Source: an uncultured delta proteobacterium
Lineage (GTDB): Bacteria > Myxococcota > B64-G9
Length of the DNA stretch: 64,000 nt
Direction of reading: 5' to 3'
NCBI GenBank assembly: GCA_963754925.1
Contig: CAVWHX010000006.1
Location: 1 to 64,000, forward strand
Part shown: positions 19,167 to 29,667 of the stretch, piece after piece
Position numbering within the stretch: the first letter of the stretch is position 1
Layout: every line of letters starts with the position of its first letter
Translations under genes and position numbers: made by a program
The notes under the pieces: model-generated
Seen by the model: the letters and a program-made list of their open reading frames with translations, nothing else
Database searches by the model: none
Told to the model about the DNA's origin: nothing

Positions 19167-20129
19167 ATGCCGTTTCCACCCATTCTGCAAAAACTCGCGT
19201 TGCCCGTTATTGGCTCGCCGCTTTTCATCATTAGCGACCCCGAGCTTCTCATCGAGCAATGCAAGGCCGGTATCGTCGGTTCATTGCCGGCGCTGAATGC
19301 CCGCCCGGCAGAGCAGCTCGATGACTGGCTCGCTCAAATCAGAGAGATGCTCGCTGCTTACGATCGCCGGAATCCCGAGCGCCCGGCCGCGCCTTTTGCG
19401 ATCAATCAGATCGTTCACAAGAGCAACGACCGCCTCGAGCGCGACCTCGAGGTATGCGTAAAGCACCAGGTGCCGATAATCATAACCTCGTTGGGTGCGC
19501 GGTCCGAGGTCAACGAAGCGGTTCACCGTTATGGCGGCATGGTGTTGCACGACGTCATCAACAACACCTTCGCACACAAGGCTATCGAGAAGGGCGCCGA
19601 CGGTCTCATCGCCGTGGCTGCCGGAGCCGGCGGGCATGCCGGCACCATCAACCCGTTTGCGTTGATTCAAGAGATACGGGAGTGGTTTGAGGGACCGCTG
19701 GCGCTGTCGGGCGCGATAGCGACGGGTCGCGCGGTGCTCGCCGCGCAGGTCATGGGCGCCGACTTCGCCTACATCGGTTCGGCATTCATCGCTACGGCGG
19801 AGGCGCGCGCGGCCAAGATGTACAAACAGATGATTGTGGACTCAACGAGTCAGGACATCGTCTTCTCCAACTTCTTCACCGGTGTGCATGGCAATTACTT
19901 GCGCGCCTCAATTAGAAACGCAGGGTTTGATCCCGAGCATCTGCCTCAGAGCGACCCCAGCCTGATGAACTTCGGCGCTGTTACGAGTGAAACGGTGAAA
20001 GTTTGGAAGGACATCTGGGGCAGCGGCCAGGGCATCGGCGCTATCAAACAAGTCGTAACGGTGGCCGAGCTCGTCAAGCGGCTGCGCCGCGAGTATCTGG
20101 CGGCCAAGCTGGAAATCTGCGGGGCTTGA
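19167..20129 (+). CDS. Nitronate monooxygenase family (NMO/FabK-like flavoprotein)
   Basis: SPLFIIS, GSLPALNAR, GAGGHAG, AYIGSAFIATAEA, WKDIWGSGQG. Confidence 0.88.
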   Translation: MPFPPILQKLALPVIGSPLFIISDPELLIEQCKAGIVGSLPALNARPAEQLDDWLAQIREMLAAYDRRNPERPAAPFAINQIVHKSNDRLERDLEVCVKHQVPIIITSLGARSEVNEAVHRYGGMVLHDVINNTFAHKAIEKGADGLIAVAAGAGGHAGTINPFALIQEIREWFEGPLALSGAIATGRAVLAAQVMGADFAYIGSAFIATAEARAAKMYKQMIVDSTSQDIVFSNFFTGVHGNYLRASIRNAGFDPEHLPQSDPSLMNFGAVTSETVKVWKDIWGSGQGIGAIKQVVTVAELVKRLRREYLAAKLEICGA

Positions 20130-20290
20130 TGGGCATCTGGCGGGTGATACGGCAGAGGGCCTTGGAATATTAAACGAGCGTTGAGGAGGAATACCATCGG
20201 CGGCCGAACCGGGGGTAGTGAACTATTAGGTAGTATCTCAGTTTAACAGTGGCTTACGGGTGTTCGGCAGTTGCTGCAGCTTTGTAGAAT

Positions 20291-20409
20291 TGTCATTTCG
20301 AGCGTAGCCAGTGTCATTTCGAGCGCAGCCAGTGTCATTTCGAGCGCAGCGAGAAATCTAAACTACTAATGAGATCGTATTTAGATATCTCCCTTAGGTC
20401 GATATGACA
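20291..20409. repeat. REP/MITE-like palindromic element with triplicated 21-bp left arm
   Basis: TGTCATTTCGAGCG(T/C)AGC(C/G)AG at 20291, 20312, 20333; imperfect inverted arm AGATATCTCCCTTAGGTCGATATGACA at 20383-20409. Confidence 0.8.
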
Positions 20410-20436
20410 ATATATTCTGTTATAGGAAATTGCCGC

Positions 20437-21339
20437 ATGTCCCGAACAAGAGGCAATGCACCCGTCACTCTCCACGTCACGGGCCCGTATAACTTCCGGC
20501 TGTCGTTACGGGTCGCGCGGAGCTTTACGCCCGAGGTCGATATCGATGCCTCGAATAGCCTGCGGGTGGCGCTGCGGCTCGGACGGAAGCCTGCGCTCAT
20601 CGAAGTGCGCCCAACGCGGCGCGGTACACTTGAAATCGTTACGCCGGCCGGTTCGGAACGGGACCGGCGGCGACTTGTCGGCCTGGTCGAATGGATGCTG
20701 TTTGCGGATCTTGACGTGCGCCCTTTCTATGAGGTTGCTAACCGGGATACAACGCTCGCGGCGGTCGTCAAGCGCCTCTTTGGCGTCAAACCGATGCGCC
20801 CGCCTTCGTTGTTTGAAATGGCGATCATCGCGATCACCGAACAGCAAATCTCGATGGCTGCCGCGCATCGCATTCGCGCCCGACTGGTCGAGCGCTTCGG
20901 GGAGACTGTCGGCGACTGGTGGGTATTCCCCGAGCCCAACGTGCTTGCCAACGCCACCATGCGCCAACTTATGGCGTGCGGCCTGTCGCGCCAAAAGGCC
21001 GACTACATCCGACGATGCGCTCAGGGTGTCATCGACGGCTCGTTCGACCTCGACGCTCTACGGTCTCTCTCGGATGATGAAGTCCGGGCGGCGATCGTTG
21101 CACAGCGCGGGTTCGGCCCTTGGTCGGCCAACTATATCCTGGTGCGCGGGTTCGCGAGGCCGAATTGCGTTCCCGTCGACGACCTGGGTATTCGAACGGT
21201 GGTTGGCAAGTACCTGGGCGGCGGACAGCGACTATCCGCCGCTGAAGTCGCCGAGAAACTCGAACCGTTCGCTCCCTATCGCGGTCTTGTGGCGTTCTAT
21301 CTCCTGGCTGACAATCGCCTTAATGCGTCTGCGCGGTGA
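20437..21339 (+). CDS. alkA: DNA-3-methyladenine glycosylase II (AlkA family, HhH-GPD)
   Basis: FEMAIIAITEQQIS, FPEP, GLSRQKA, RGFGPWSA, PVDDLG, FAPYRG. Confidence 0.85.
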   Translation: MSRTRGNAPVTLHVTGPYNFRLSLRVARSFTPEVDIDASNSLRVALRLGRKPALIEVRPTRRGTLEIVTPAGSERDRRRLVGLVEWMLFADLDVRPFYEVANRDTTLAAVVKRLFGVKPMRPPSLFEMAIIAITEQQISMAAAHRIRARLVERFGETVGDWWVFPEPNVLANATMRQLMACGLSRQKADYIRRCAQGVIDGSFDLDALRSLSDDEVRAAIVAQRGFGPWSANYILVRGFARPNCVPVDDLGIRTVVGKYLGGGQRLSAAEVAEKLEPFAPYRGLVAFYLLADNRLNASAR

Positions 21340-21457
21340 TTCCCGGGTCCGGCCATCGTTAGAGGCATTAACCTAAGAAATGTTTCCGTCGTTTTTTAAT
21401 TCATGGCAAAAGCCGAAGATGTTACCATCGACAACGAGACCGGTTCGAGGAGGGGCC

Positions 21458-22618
21458 ATGGAAAAGCGCCAACCCGCGAGCATAACAGCCGAACGCGCCT
21501 TAAGTGTTCGTTGCGTGTTGTTAGTGGTTGCATCGACGCTCTTAATAGCCGCCCGCACCGGATGCACGAGCAAACAGTTCTCTCCAGTCCTTCCGTCGGA
21601 AGGAACCGAAGGCGGGCCTTGTCGCGCCGATGGCGGCTGCGACTCAAGCTTGCTATGCAATGTGACCCCCAACGTGTGCGGCCCTGTTTCCTCCGCTTAC
21701 GCGGTGACCGTGGTTGTGGCAGGCGACATCGCCGAGGCCGGGCGTACGGCCTATGCGCGGGATAACGCCGCCCTGATTACGAATTACCCGCGATCGGCGT
21801 TGGCGGTGATCTTGCTCGGCGACAACGCTCGTTACAACGGCAAGGGAGGCTTGCTTTCTTACTACGACAAATACTATGCGCCGGCCGCAGAGGCCAACTG
21901 GGCCCAATTCACCCCCATTGCCTTTCCGCTGCCCGGCAACCACGAGTACGTTGAGGCCGATGCGCAAGGCTATTTCAACTTTTTCGCTGAGCGCATGAGC
22001 GCTATCCAGGCTATGAGCAGTTACCATGGCTCTATCAACGTGGTCGGTAAAGGTTATTACAGCTTCGACCTCAACGGATGGCACTTCGTCGGTCTCAACA
22101 GCAACTGCGACAGCGTTAGAAACGGCGGCTGTAACTCGGGGAGCGAACAAGAGACATGGCTGAAAAACGATCTCGCCGCCCACGCCAAAATGCCGATTGT
22201 CGCGGGATGGCATGCGCCGCGCTATACCTGCGGCGGCGAACACGGCGACGACTCCGCGATGCAGGCCTTGTGGGCCGACCTTTTCGATGGGGGCGCTGAC
22301 TTCGTGTTCGTCGGCCATAACCACTACTACCAGCGTTGGAAGCCGCTTAACAAAGATCACCCGAAAGCGGCAGTAGACCTGACAAACGGTCTGACGCAGA
22401 TCGTCGTGGGCTCTACCGGCGTCACCAGCTACGCCGTGTGTAGCTCCGGTGATGAACGCGTAGCCAACCAGAGCGGCGGTGACGCCGGCATGGGAGTGTT
22501 TTTTCTGAGCGTTAAATCTGATGGAACCTATGCCTTTGAGTATCGATTGCGAAATGGGTCAACGTTCGATTTCGGCGCGGGCGCCTCACATCATGCATCG
22601 AAGATTCCGAATGAGTAG
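21458..22618 (+). CDS. Secreted calcineurin-like metallophosphoesterase with Cys-rich N-terminal motif
   Basis: AGDIA, LGDNA, PGNHEY, GWHAP, VGHNHYYQR; GPCRADGGCDSSLLC motif. Confidence 0.85.
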   Translation: MEKRQPASITAERALSVRCVLLVVASTLLIAARTGCTSKQFSPVLPSEGTEGGPCRADGGCDSSLLCNVTPNVCGPVSSAYAVTVVVAGDIAEAGRTAYARDNAALITNYPRSALAVILLGDNARYNGKGGLLSYYDKYYAPAAEANWAQFTPIAFPLPGNHEYVEADAQGYFNFFAERMSAIQAMSSYHGSINVVGKGYYSFDLNGWHFVGLNSNCDSVRNGGCNSGSEQETWLKNDLAAHAKMPIVAGWHAPRYTCGGEHGDDSAMQALWADLFDGGADFVFVGHNHYYQRWKPLNKDHPKAAVDLTNGLTQIVVGSTGVTSYAVCSSGDERVANQSGGDAGMGVFFLSVKSDGTYAFEYRLRNGSTFDFGAGASHHASKIPNE

Positions 22619-23633
22619 AATAGGTGTCATCTTCCTTGCGTTCGGTTTTGGACTATGCGCATCGATGGCGGTCAGCGCAGCCGAACCGAGTGAGGAAGAA
22701 ACCCGGGTGGCGCCGCCGCTGCCATGGCAGGAGTCTTCACCAACCGCGCGGATGTTCCTGCAGCTTCCCTTCGAGACGCCGGCGGTGATGGGAAAGGGGG
22801 AGGTGGGGGGAGAGGTGAACCTCCTGTACGGAAACACTCTCTTCGTGGGCAATACACGCTCGCTCGCGATCGACGTTGACGTCGAATCAGCCGAGTTACT
22901 CGCGCTTTTCCGATACGGCTTCGCAACCGGGTTCGAGGCCCAGCTCGCGGTTCCGGTGATCATCGACTATGGCGGTTTCCTCGATGGCGTTATTGTAGCC
23001 ACCGAGCGTTTCTTTGGCGCGTCCTCCATGCCCCACCGACGCGACACCCCGTACAACCTGGCGCGTTTTCGGCTCACGCGGCCGGATGGCGCTGGCATTT
23101 GGTGCGATGGCGCCGGCGTTGGCCTGGGCGACGTGTGGGGGGGCTTCAAGGCGTTGGTTATGGAGCAAAAGGGCGGTTTACCCGCCGTCGCGCTCCGCGC
23201 AGCTATCAAGGTGCCTACCGGCCTCTCACCGTACGGAAGCGGCACCGCCGATTTGGGCGGGAGCCTTCTCCTCGGTTGGACCTGGCGCTGGGTGAATCTT
23301 TGGATCGAGGTGGACGCTTTCGCCCCGACCGCGGGTCTGCAGGCGGCCCGCATTTCCACCCACGCTTACGGAGCAGCGCAACTGGGCGTGGCAGTGCCCC
23401 TGGGTCGCCGGCTCGCCCTCAATCTTCAGTGGAGCTCGCATATCTCTCCGTTCGAACGGACCGGCCTTCCCCAGCTCGATGCCCCGGTGCACTACCTGCT
23501 GCTCGGTGTTTCGATTGAACTCTCGCGCCGTTTTCTCTTGGACGTTGCGGCTGTCGAAAACGTATTAAGCCCGGCCTCGGGCGTGGATTTCGCGATGCTT
23601 TTTGGGTTGCGCATTCGGCCCGGAAAACCCTAG
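22611..23633 (+). CDS. Exported beta-barrel-like protein, DUF3187-like
   Basis: Signal peptide; DVES, GGFLDG, GLGDV, KVPTG..YGSG, ENV motifs. Confidence 0.65.
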   Translation: MSRIGVIFLAFGFGLCASMAVSAAEPSEEETRVAPPLPWQESSPTARMFLQLPFETPAVMGKGEVGGEVNLLYGNTLFVGNTRSLAIDVDVESAELLALFRYGFATGFEAQLAVPVIIDYGGFLDGVIVATERFFGASSMPHRRDTPYNLARFRLTRPDGAGIWCDGAGVGLGDVWGGFKALVMEQKGGLPAVALRAAIKVPTGLSPYGSGTADLGGSLLLGWTWRWVNLWIEVDAFAPTAGLQAARISTHAYGAAQLGVAVPLGRRLALNLQWSSHISPFERTGLPQLDAPVHYLLLGVSIELSRRFLLDVAAVENVLSPASGVDFAMLFGLRIRPGKP

Positions 23634-23645
23634 GATGAGGTGCGC

Positions 23646-24338
23646 ATGAACAAATCACTCAAGCCGCCGTATATCGAGAAGATTGATGAGATCGGAGGGT
23701 TGCAGGTATGGCGGGTTGATGGAGCTGCCATCCGCGGCCGCATCGATGAGGAATTCACCAACTTTGGGCAGCATTATCGCTTTCCCTTCATTCCAGAAAA
23801 CGAGTTTTGGATCGACTCCGAGAAGCATCCCGGAGAGACGCGCTTTTTCATCGATCATCTCCTGGTAGAGCACCGCTTGATGAAGGAAGGCAAGGATTAC
23901 GCCGAGGCGATCGTGGCCGGCGACCGCGTCGAGCGCGCCGAGCGTCGCCGAAGCGGTGTTGCGCGCCGGCTTACGGCCAAGGGCCGGTTGCCTGACGGTA
24001 AGGACGTGCACGCGCGGCTGTGGAAGAAGCTCGAAAGCGGTGTCAGTGTTTGGATCGTCAACGGCGAGTTGGTCCGCAGCGTGTTTGATATCGACTTTAC
24101 CGCCGGCGGCCACGACTACGTGTACGAGTTTGTGCCCGAAAACGAAGTTTGGATCGACGATGATATCGTCGAAATCGAGCGCGGCTATGTATTACTGCAC
24201 GAGCTACACGAGCGTAACCGCATGGCGGCTGGTTGGCCCTATAGCAAGGCCCACGCCGAGTCGAGCCGCGTGGAGTTTCGCTGCCGGCACCACCCGGACG
24301 AGCTGCACGACGCCTTAGCCGTCGAGGGCTGGGCCTGA
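23646..24338 (+). CDS. Hypothetical protein with internal domain duplication
   Basis: Two repeats of VW.V(D/N)G..(I/V)R....(E/D)FT..G.....F(I/V)PENE.WID; GAGGT RBS. Confidence 0.75.
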   Translation: MNKSLKPPYIEKIDEIGGLQVWRVDGAAIRGRIDEEFTNFGQHYRFPFIPENEFWIDSEKHPGETRFFIDHLLVEHRLMKEGKDYAEAIVAGDRVERAERRRSGVARRLTAKGRLPDGKDVHARLWKKLESGVSVWIVNGELVRSVFDIDFTAGGHDYVYEFVPENEVWIDDDIVEIERGYVLLHELHERNRMAAGWPYSKAHAESSRVEFRCRHHPDELHDALAVEGWA

Positions 24339-24341
24339 TCG

Positions 24342-24899
24342 TCACCGGGAATAGAAGACGGTTATGGTCGCGCGCCCGATCATGTGCTGATGGAGGTTGA
24401 ACCCGACCATGGCGCCGGATGCGTTGGCGTCAAGCGGTAATTTCTCGGTGTCCAGGGCATAAACGGTGAATAGATAGCGGTGCGGTTTATCTCCTACCGG
24501 CGGGCACGCTCCGCCGTAGCCGGGCGTGCCGAAATCCGTTTTGCTTTGAACGCTTTCCTCGGGGGCCAACAATGATGCCGGGTCGCCTGCGTTTCTGGAT
24601 AATGAATTCAGATTCGCCGGAATGTTAAAAATAATCCAATGCCACCAACCGCTGCCGGTAGGCGCGTCCGGATCGTACATCGTGATGGCAAAACTCTTCG
24701 CTTTCTTGGGGGCGTTTTGCCACTGCAAAGCCGGCGAAATATTCTTACCCGTACAACCGAAGCCTGAAAACACCTGATCGGCGCTCATTTTTTTGCCCGG
24801 TTTAAGGTCCGTGCTCTCAAGTTTGAACCCGCCCGCAAAGGAGGGAACTGCCAGCAGGGTTCCACACAAAAATACGGTGACCGCAAGATAACTCTTCAT
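24342..24899 (-). CDS. YbhB/YbcL (PEBP/Raf kinase inhibitor-like) periplasmic protein
   Basis: Signal peptide; GCTGKNISPALQW, YDPDAPTGSGWWHW, YGGACPP, HRY. Confidence 0.92.
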   Translation of the reverse strand: MKSYLAVTVFLCGTLLAVPSFAGGFKLESTDLKPGKKMSADQVFSGFGCTGKNISPALQWQNAPKKAKSFAITMYDPDAPTGSGWWHWIIFNIPANLNSLSRNAGDPASLLAPEESVQSKTDFGTPGYGGACPPVGDKPHRYLFTVYALDTEKLPLDANASGAMVGFNLHQHMIGRATITVFYSR

Positions 24900-25083
24900 G
24901 AACCCTTCCTTCCCGTGAAGCTATTTTCACGATTGTCCGTATGGTGCATCCTACAGTAGCCGAATCCGAACATGAGTCAAGTTCAAAGCAAGTTGACTTG
25001 AGAGTTCATGCTAACATAGGTTCAAGCATCACAGAATGATGATATCTCGATAAGCAGCGAACCACGAGAAAGGTATCCCAACC

Positions 25084-25512
25084 ATGGCCGCCAAAAAAAC
25101 AGTGCCGGGAAATGATGCGGTTGGTCGTCTGGAGCTTCTGTCAACGTTTAAAGGTAAGATAACTGAACTCATTGATTTTGGAGATACCCCTGTTGGAAAA
25201 CGATATGATGTGTTTTTCGAGGGGGTTCTTGCGGGCGAGAAGATATCGGGAACGATGCGAGGGGTCGATTACATTATCGTTCGATCAGATGAGGTATCGG
25301 AGCTTAATGTGCGGGCGGTCATTACCACCGACGATGGGGTTAACATAAGCGTCCAGATCTCCGGGTATTTACATAACAATGAAATCAGGGACGCCTCCAT
25401 GAAACTGATGACCGGACACAAAAAATATGCCTGGCTTACTTCCAAGATAATTGTCGGAAAAGGAAAACTTGGTCCCGAAGGCTTGGAGATCAATTACTTC
25501 TTTGAACCGTGA
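25084..25512 (+). CDS. DUF3237-like protein
   Basis: FGDTPVGKR, GVDY..VRSD, RAVITTDDG, KYAWL. Confidence 0.7.
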   Translation: MAAKKTVPGNDAVGRLELLSTFKGKITELIDFGDTPVGKRYDVFFEGVLAGEKISGTMRGVDYIIVRSDEVSELNVRAVITTDDGVNISVQISGYLHNNEIRDASMKLMTGHKKYAWLTSKIIVGKGKLGPEGLEINYFFEP

Positions 25513-25519
25513 GGCAATC

Positions 25520-27215
25520 ATGACCACCGAAAGCTCACTCTCCTTTCGCTCTATGGGGCAAAAAATAGCGGCGAACAGGTCGCTGGGTAAAATCTCGAGT
25601 CGTATTTTTGGAATACTGTGCAAGCTTCCACGGGCTCAGACTCACGATATCGTTATCGATCGAGATATCGCGGTGCGCATGCCGGACGGGGTCGATCTTT
25701 TGACGGATCATTATTACCCCCGGGGAGCCGGAAAGCTTCCGACCATTGTATGTCGGTCGCCGTACGGCAAGGGGCTGATTTTTAGCCTGCAAAACGTTTG
25801 GGCGTACGTTGAGCGCGGCTACCAGGTTGTCATGCAGTGCTGTCGGGGTACGTATGGATCCGGCGGTCATTTGAGAATGTTGCATCAAGAGCGCGAGGAC
25901 GGATTGGCGACCATTGCGTGGATAAAAAAACAACCTTGGTTTAACGGTCAGCTTGCCACCGTCGGGCAAAGTTACCTGGGTTATACGCAGTGGGCTATTG
26001 CCCGCGAGGCCGGTCCAGAGCTCAAAGCCATGGCCCTCGAAGTCACCACCAGCGGCTTTAACAAGATGTTTTATATGGGGGAATCGCTGGCGCTGCAAAA
26101 CCACATCGGCTGGACGTGCTTGATGAAAGACGCGCACAAATCGCGCCTGAAATTCGCAACCTTTAATAACGCAGTCAAAAGGGTCGGCATGCATCTACCC
26201 TTGAGCGAGGCCGACCTGGTCGGAGTCGGGGAAACGACGGATATATGGCAGGACGTTGTCCGGCACAGCGAACCGGAAGACTATGACTGGTGGAAGCCCG
26301 CCGATCACAGTGGAACGGTCTGCGAGATTAAGGTTCCGGTGCTTCTGGTCGGAGGTTGGTATGATATTTTTCTGCCCTGGATGATGGAGGACTATACCGC
26401 AAATCGTAACGCCGGCAATAAGCCGCACCTGGTCATCGGCCCCTGGTATCATCTTTCCAGGGAATTGACGGCTGAAGGAACGCGCCAATCGCTGGCATGG
26501 CTCAACGCCCACGTTTTGGGTGACCGCGCGGGGCTGCCTGAAAAACCAGTCAGACTTTTTGTGATGGGGTCCCAAGAATGGAAGGAGTACTCTGAATGGC
26601 CCCCTCAGGCTTCAAAACCTGAACGCTGGTATCTGCAACCCGGCGGCGCGCTCGCGACCGAAGCGCCCTCCCGATCCGACCCCGACCGTTACCGCTATGA
26701 CCCGGCGGATCCGACACCTAACCGCGCCGGCCCGTTAATGGCTTCTGATTGGGGCTCAAAGGACAATCGCGCGCTTGAGGCGCGACCGGATGTGCTCGTC
26801 TATACCAGTAAACCCTTGAGTAAGGATTTTGAGATAATAGGCCCGGTGCAGGCCGAGCTGTACATTAAATCGAGCCTCGAGCACACCAACTTTTTTGTGA
26901 GAGTCTGTGACGTGAAGCCTTCGGGTAAATCGTTAAATATACTGCGATGGCCTGCGGCGTTTGCGGCCGCAGCGAAAGTCGACGGAGAAGGACGGATGTG
27001 TCAAGGTTCACCTCGATCTTTGGCCAACGGCGTATTGTTTCCGTGCCGGTCATCGCATGAGAGTTCAAGTCTCAAGTGGAGCCCATCCGCGCTTTGCGCG
27101 TAACACCGGTAGCGGAGAGCCCATAGCCACGGCCACGACGCTGCGGGTTGCCGACCAGGAGATATACCACGACCCCGCGCATCCCTCCGCCGTGATACTT
27201 CCGGTTATGAAATAG
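25520..27215 (+). pseudogene. CocE/NonD family hydrolase, one frameshift near 26940
   Basis: MPDGVDL, RSPYG, RGTYGSGG, GQSYLG (nucleophile), GGWYD, IGPWYH; C-terminus (CDGLRRL..WPTAY..GAHPRFARN) lies in another frame. Confidence 0.85.
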
Positions 27216-27227
27216 GTTGATAAAAGC

Positions 27228-27280
27228 GCGCGCCGGCCCCCCTGGTCGGTCGAACAGCTTGGCCGTGTTACCCGGCGCGC
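27228..27280. terminator. Hairpin between convergent genes
   Basis: GCGCGCCGG...CCGGCGCGC inverted repeat. Confidence 0.4.
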
Positions 27281-27296
27281 ACCGATAACCGAATCG

Positions 27297-28619
27297 TCAC
27301 TCCGGTGGCCTCAGATCCTTAAGAAATCTATCGATCCTGGTTTTCTGCACCATGAAATCGTCTCCTCGGTTGTCTATGCAATCACCGTCAATGACGAGCA
27401 TCGGGATACCCGCAGCCCGTGACGACTCTTCTTCCATTCGAGCGGCGCTATGAAAGTGGCGGCAGGATTTGGGATAGAAGGCGATAATGCCGTCGCCTTT
27501 CAGCCGACGTGCGAGGGTAAACTCAATTCTCTTCTGCAGCGGGCAGTAGGCGGGATTGAGTAGGGCCTTTCTTGCAAGGGAGCGAAATGGTTCTTGGGGA
27601 TCCAATTCGTCCCAATAAACATAGTTTACCTGTGAATAGACGATGTTTGCTTTTTCCTCGAGGTAGGCAAGCAAGTTGTTGTCGTAGTATGGCCGAAGAT
27701 GCGACCACAGAACTCGCGGTTTTTCAGGTTGATGGTGTGCGGCCTGCGCCATGGCCTTGAACTCCTCAAACCGCGCCTTGTACACGTCCACGATTTCTTT
27801 TGTGCCCCATGTTTGCATAAGATTTGTGGCATAATTGAGGTCCTTGCTCCCGGGAATGACCCCGGATGTTGGAGAATGCGCGAGATCATTGCCGAGCTTG
27901 AGCCAGTAGCGCGCCTCGTTTGCCCGGTGAATAACTCTCGACAACTCCTCGGTATCTAATTCGGCGCCGGTGTTTCTGGTGATGAAGCGAACCATCTCTT
28001 CGAGCTGGCCGGCGACATAATCGACGCTTTCATCAAGCTGTTGGCGGTCGGAATCCAACGACCACATGCCATACGGTATGTCGATGACGAATTCGGGTCG
28101 TTTATATTTCTGGGCGATAAAGGCGGCGAACTTCGCTGCCGGGTCGCACAGATGCGAGGTTGTTATAATAACGTCGGGCGAGGGAAATATATTTTCCAGC
28201 ACCGCTCCCGCCCCGGTTTTAATAAACGAGCACAGGTCCTGCGAAAAGCCGTTGCCCTCCGCGGTTTCCAACCGGCCTACGGCGAGGTTCGACATCGCGA
28301 GCTGCGCCGCCGCCATCTCGACGGTAAAGGGCATAAGGTTCATCGCGTAGAACAGCTCGGTGGGCATGAAGAGGCTTCTCCATACCACGCGCTGGTAGGC
28401 GACATCACCGGCAGGGCTTTTGTTGTAGCAGCGAAGGAATTGTTCGCTCAACAACCTTCCTCGTTTCTGCGCGGCCTTGAGTTCATGCCAGGGCCTGCTA
28501 AACCGGCTTTTGACGCCCTGTTCCACTACTTCGGCTGAAAGTCCCGTGATGGCCGCGAAGTTGGTGAATTGAAGCGCCCTCTGTTTTATATTTTCTTCAC
28601 GTATTTGTTCCGGTGTCAC
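27297..28619 (-). CDS. 2-hydroxyacyl-CoA dehydratase family subunit (HgdA/FldB/BcrB-like)
   Basis: PTELFYAM..VE, DLCSFIK, HLCD, IDIP, KSCR, IDGDCID: three Fe-S Cys. Confidence 0.85.
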   Translation of the reverse strand: MTPEQIREENIKQRALQFTNFAAITGLSAEVVEQGVKSRFSRPWHELKAAQKRGRLLSEQFLRCYNKSPAGDVAYQRVVWRSLFMPTELFYAMNLMPFTVEMAAAQLAMSNLAVGRLETAEGNGFSQDLCSFIKTGAGAVLENIFPSPDVIITTSHLCDPAAKFAAFIAQKYKRPEFVIDIPYGMWSLDSDRQQLDESVDYVAGQLEEMVRFITRNTGAELDTEELSRVIHRANEARYWLKLGNDLAHSPTSGVIPGSKDLNYATNLMQTWGTKEIVDVYKARFEEFKAMAQAAHHQPEKPRVLWSHLRPYYDNNLLAYLEEKANIVYSQVNYVYWDELDPQEPFRSLARKALLNPAYCPLQKRIEFTLARRLKGDGIIAFYPKSCRHFHSAARMEEESSRAAGIPMLVIDGDCIDNRGDDFMVQKTRIDRFLKDLRPPE

Positions 28620-29667
28620 GGCTGGTTCTCCTGCGTAATTTGTTTACAAACGATTGCAGTTCCCGCTCATTGATTTCGCTGGAGCTATCGCCCTCAAGGA
28701 TTTTTAGAGGCAGTTGCTCGCTCAGATCATCTTTAATAATGGGCCAGGTCGCTTGAATGTTCGAGCAAAACTTAATTGAATAGTAAATAATGCCGTCAAC
28801 GTTGTATTGCTGAGCGAGGGCTTTTAGGTTCTCCAATCCCTGCGTGCCGTGCTCGCCAATCATTCGAGGACACGGTGTTTTGCCGAGGTAATACCTGCTC
28901 AACCATTGCAGGGGATCCTGGACCGGATCAGACGGTTCTCCGAACTGACGCAGTCCGTTGCAGGTATTTTCACAGACCACCACGCCGCCTGCCTCTTCAA
29001 CGGCCTCGACGAGCCTCGAATTGGCCAGGCCACCGTAGATCATCACCCGCGGACGTCCTGACAAATTCTCTTCGCCAGTGCTGTTGAAGGTTGCGACCAA
29101 TGACTCTAATTCCGCGTTAAATTGATCTCGGGGGCTGGTCATACTTTTTTCGACGAGCTCCGCCGCACAAGCGCCGGACAGGGCGGGGGGATCAGCTTTT
29201 CTTAGTTGATGCAGGTGCTGAAACAGCTCCCGTGTTCGATTATAGGTATTGATTGACTCCAACAGCTTCCGTTCGCTGATTGTTCCATAGCGTTCCTCCA
29301 CCGCCTCCTTGAACCGCTTAATGCTTTTTGCGAAATACGCTACGCTGCTTTCGGTATTGATCCGGGGCACGTCGAGAAAGAAAACGCAGGGGGGCTTAAT
29401 CTCAACCTGTTTATAGACCCAGATGTCGTAGAGCCTGCGCATGCATTCACAGGAATGAGCTATGACGACGCCGTCAAGAAAGTCGTAGCTCCCGGTCAGA
29501 GCGCCGCCGATGCAACTTCGAACGTACGAACAGATGGAATCGCCGAGATAGACATCCTCGTGACCTTTACCTGAATCTTCTCGAATGCCATAGGGCGTTA
29601 GATCCGCCGCTTCCAGAATTTCCAGCGGGGTGTAGGTACAAAACCAACCTATTTTCGGCTTATCCAT
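28597..29667 (-). CDS. 2-hydroxyacyl-CoA dehydratase family subunit (HgdB/FldC/BcrC-like)
   Basis: IGWFCTYTPLEI, ICSYVRS, HSCECM, LDVP, ENTCNG, PCPRM, IKFC. Confidence 0.87.
   Translation of the reverse strand: MDKPKIGWFCTYTPLEILEAADLTPYGIREDSGKGHEDVYLGDSICSYVRSCIGGALTGSYDFLDGVVIAHSCECMRRLYDIWVYKQVEIKPPCVFFLDVPRINTESSVAYFAKSIKRFKEAVEERYGTISERKLLESINTYNRTRELFQHLHQLRKADPPALSGACAAELVEKSMTSPRDQFNAELESLVATFNSTGEENLSGRPRVMIYGGLANSRLVEAVEEAGGVVVCENTCNGLRQFGEPSDPVQDPLQWLSRYYLGKTPCPRMIGEHGTQGLENLKALAQQYNVDGIIYYSIKFCSNIQATWPIIKDDLSEQLPLKILEGDSSSEINERELQSFVNKLRRRTSRDTGTNT

Noticed and set aside
20291..20353. CRISPR array
   Set aside because: Repeats are contiguous with no spacers, and there are no cas genes
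20456..21376. 306-aa alternate-frame ORF over alkA
   Set aside because: Arg/Ser-rich GC shadow frame
24968..25010. Inverted repeat AGTCAA...TTGACT as an operator
   Set aside because: More simply two back-to-back -35 boxes of divergent promoters
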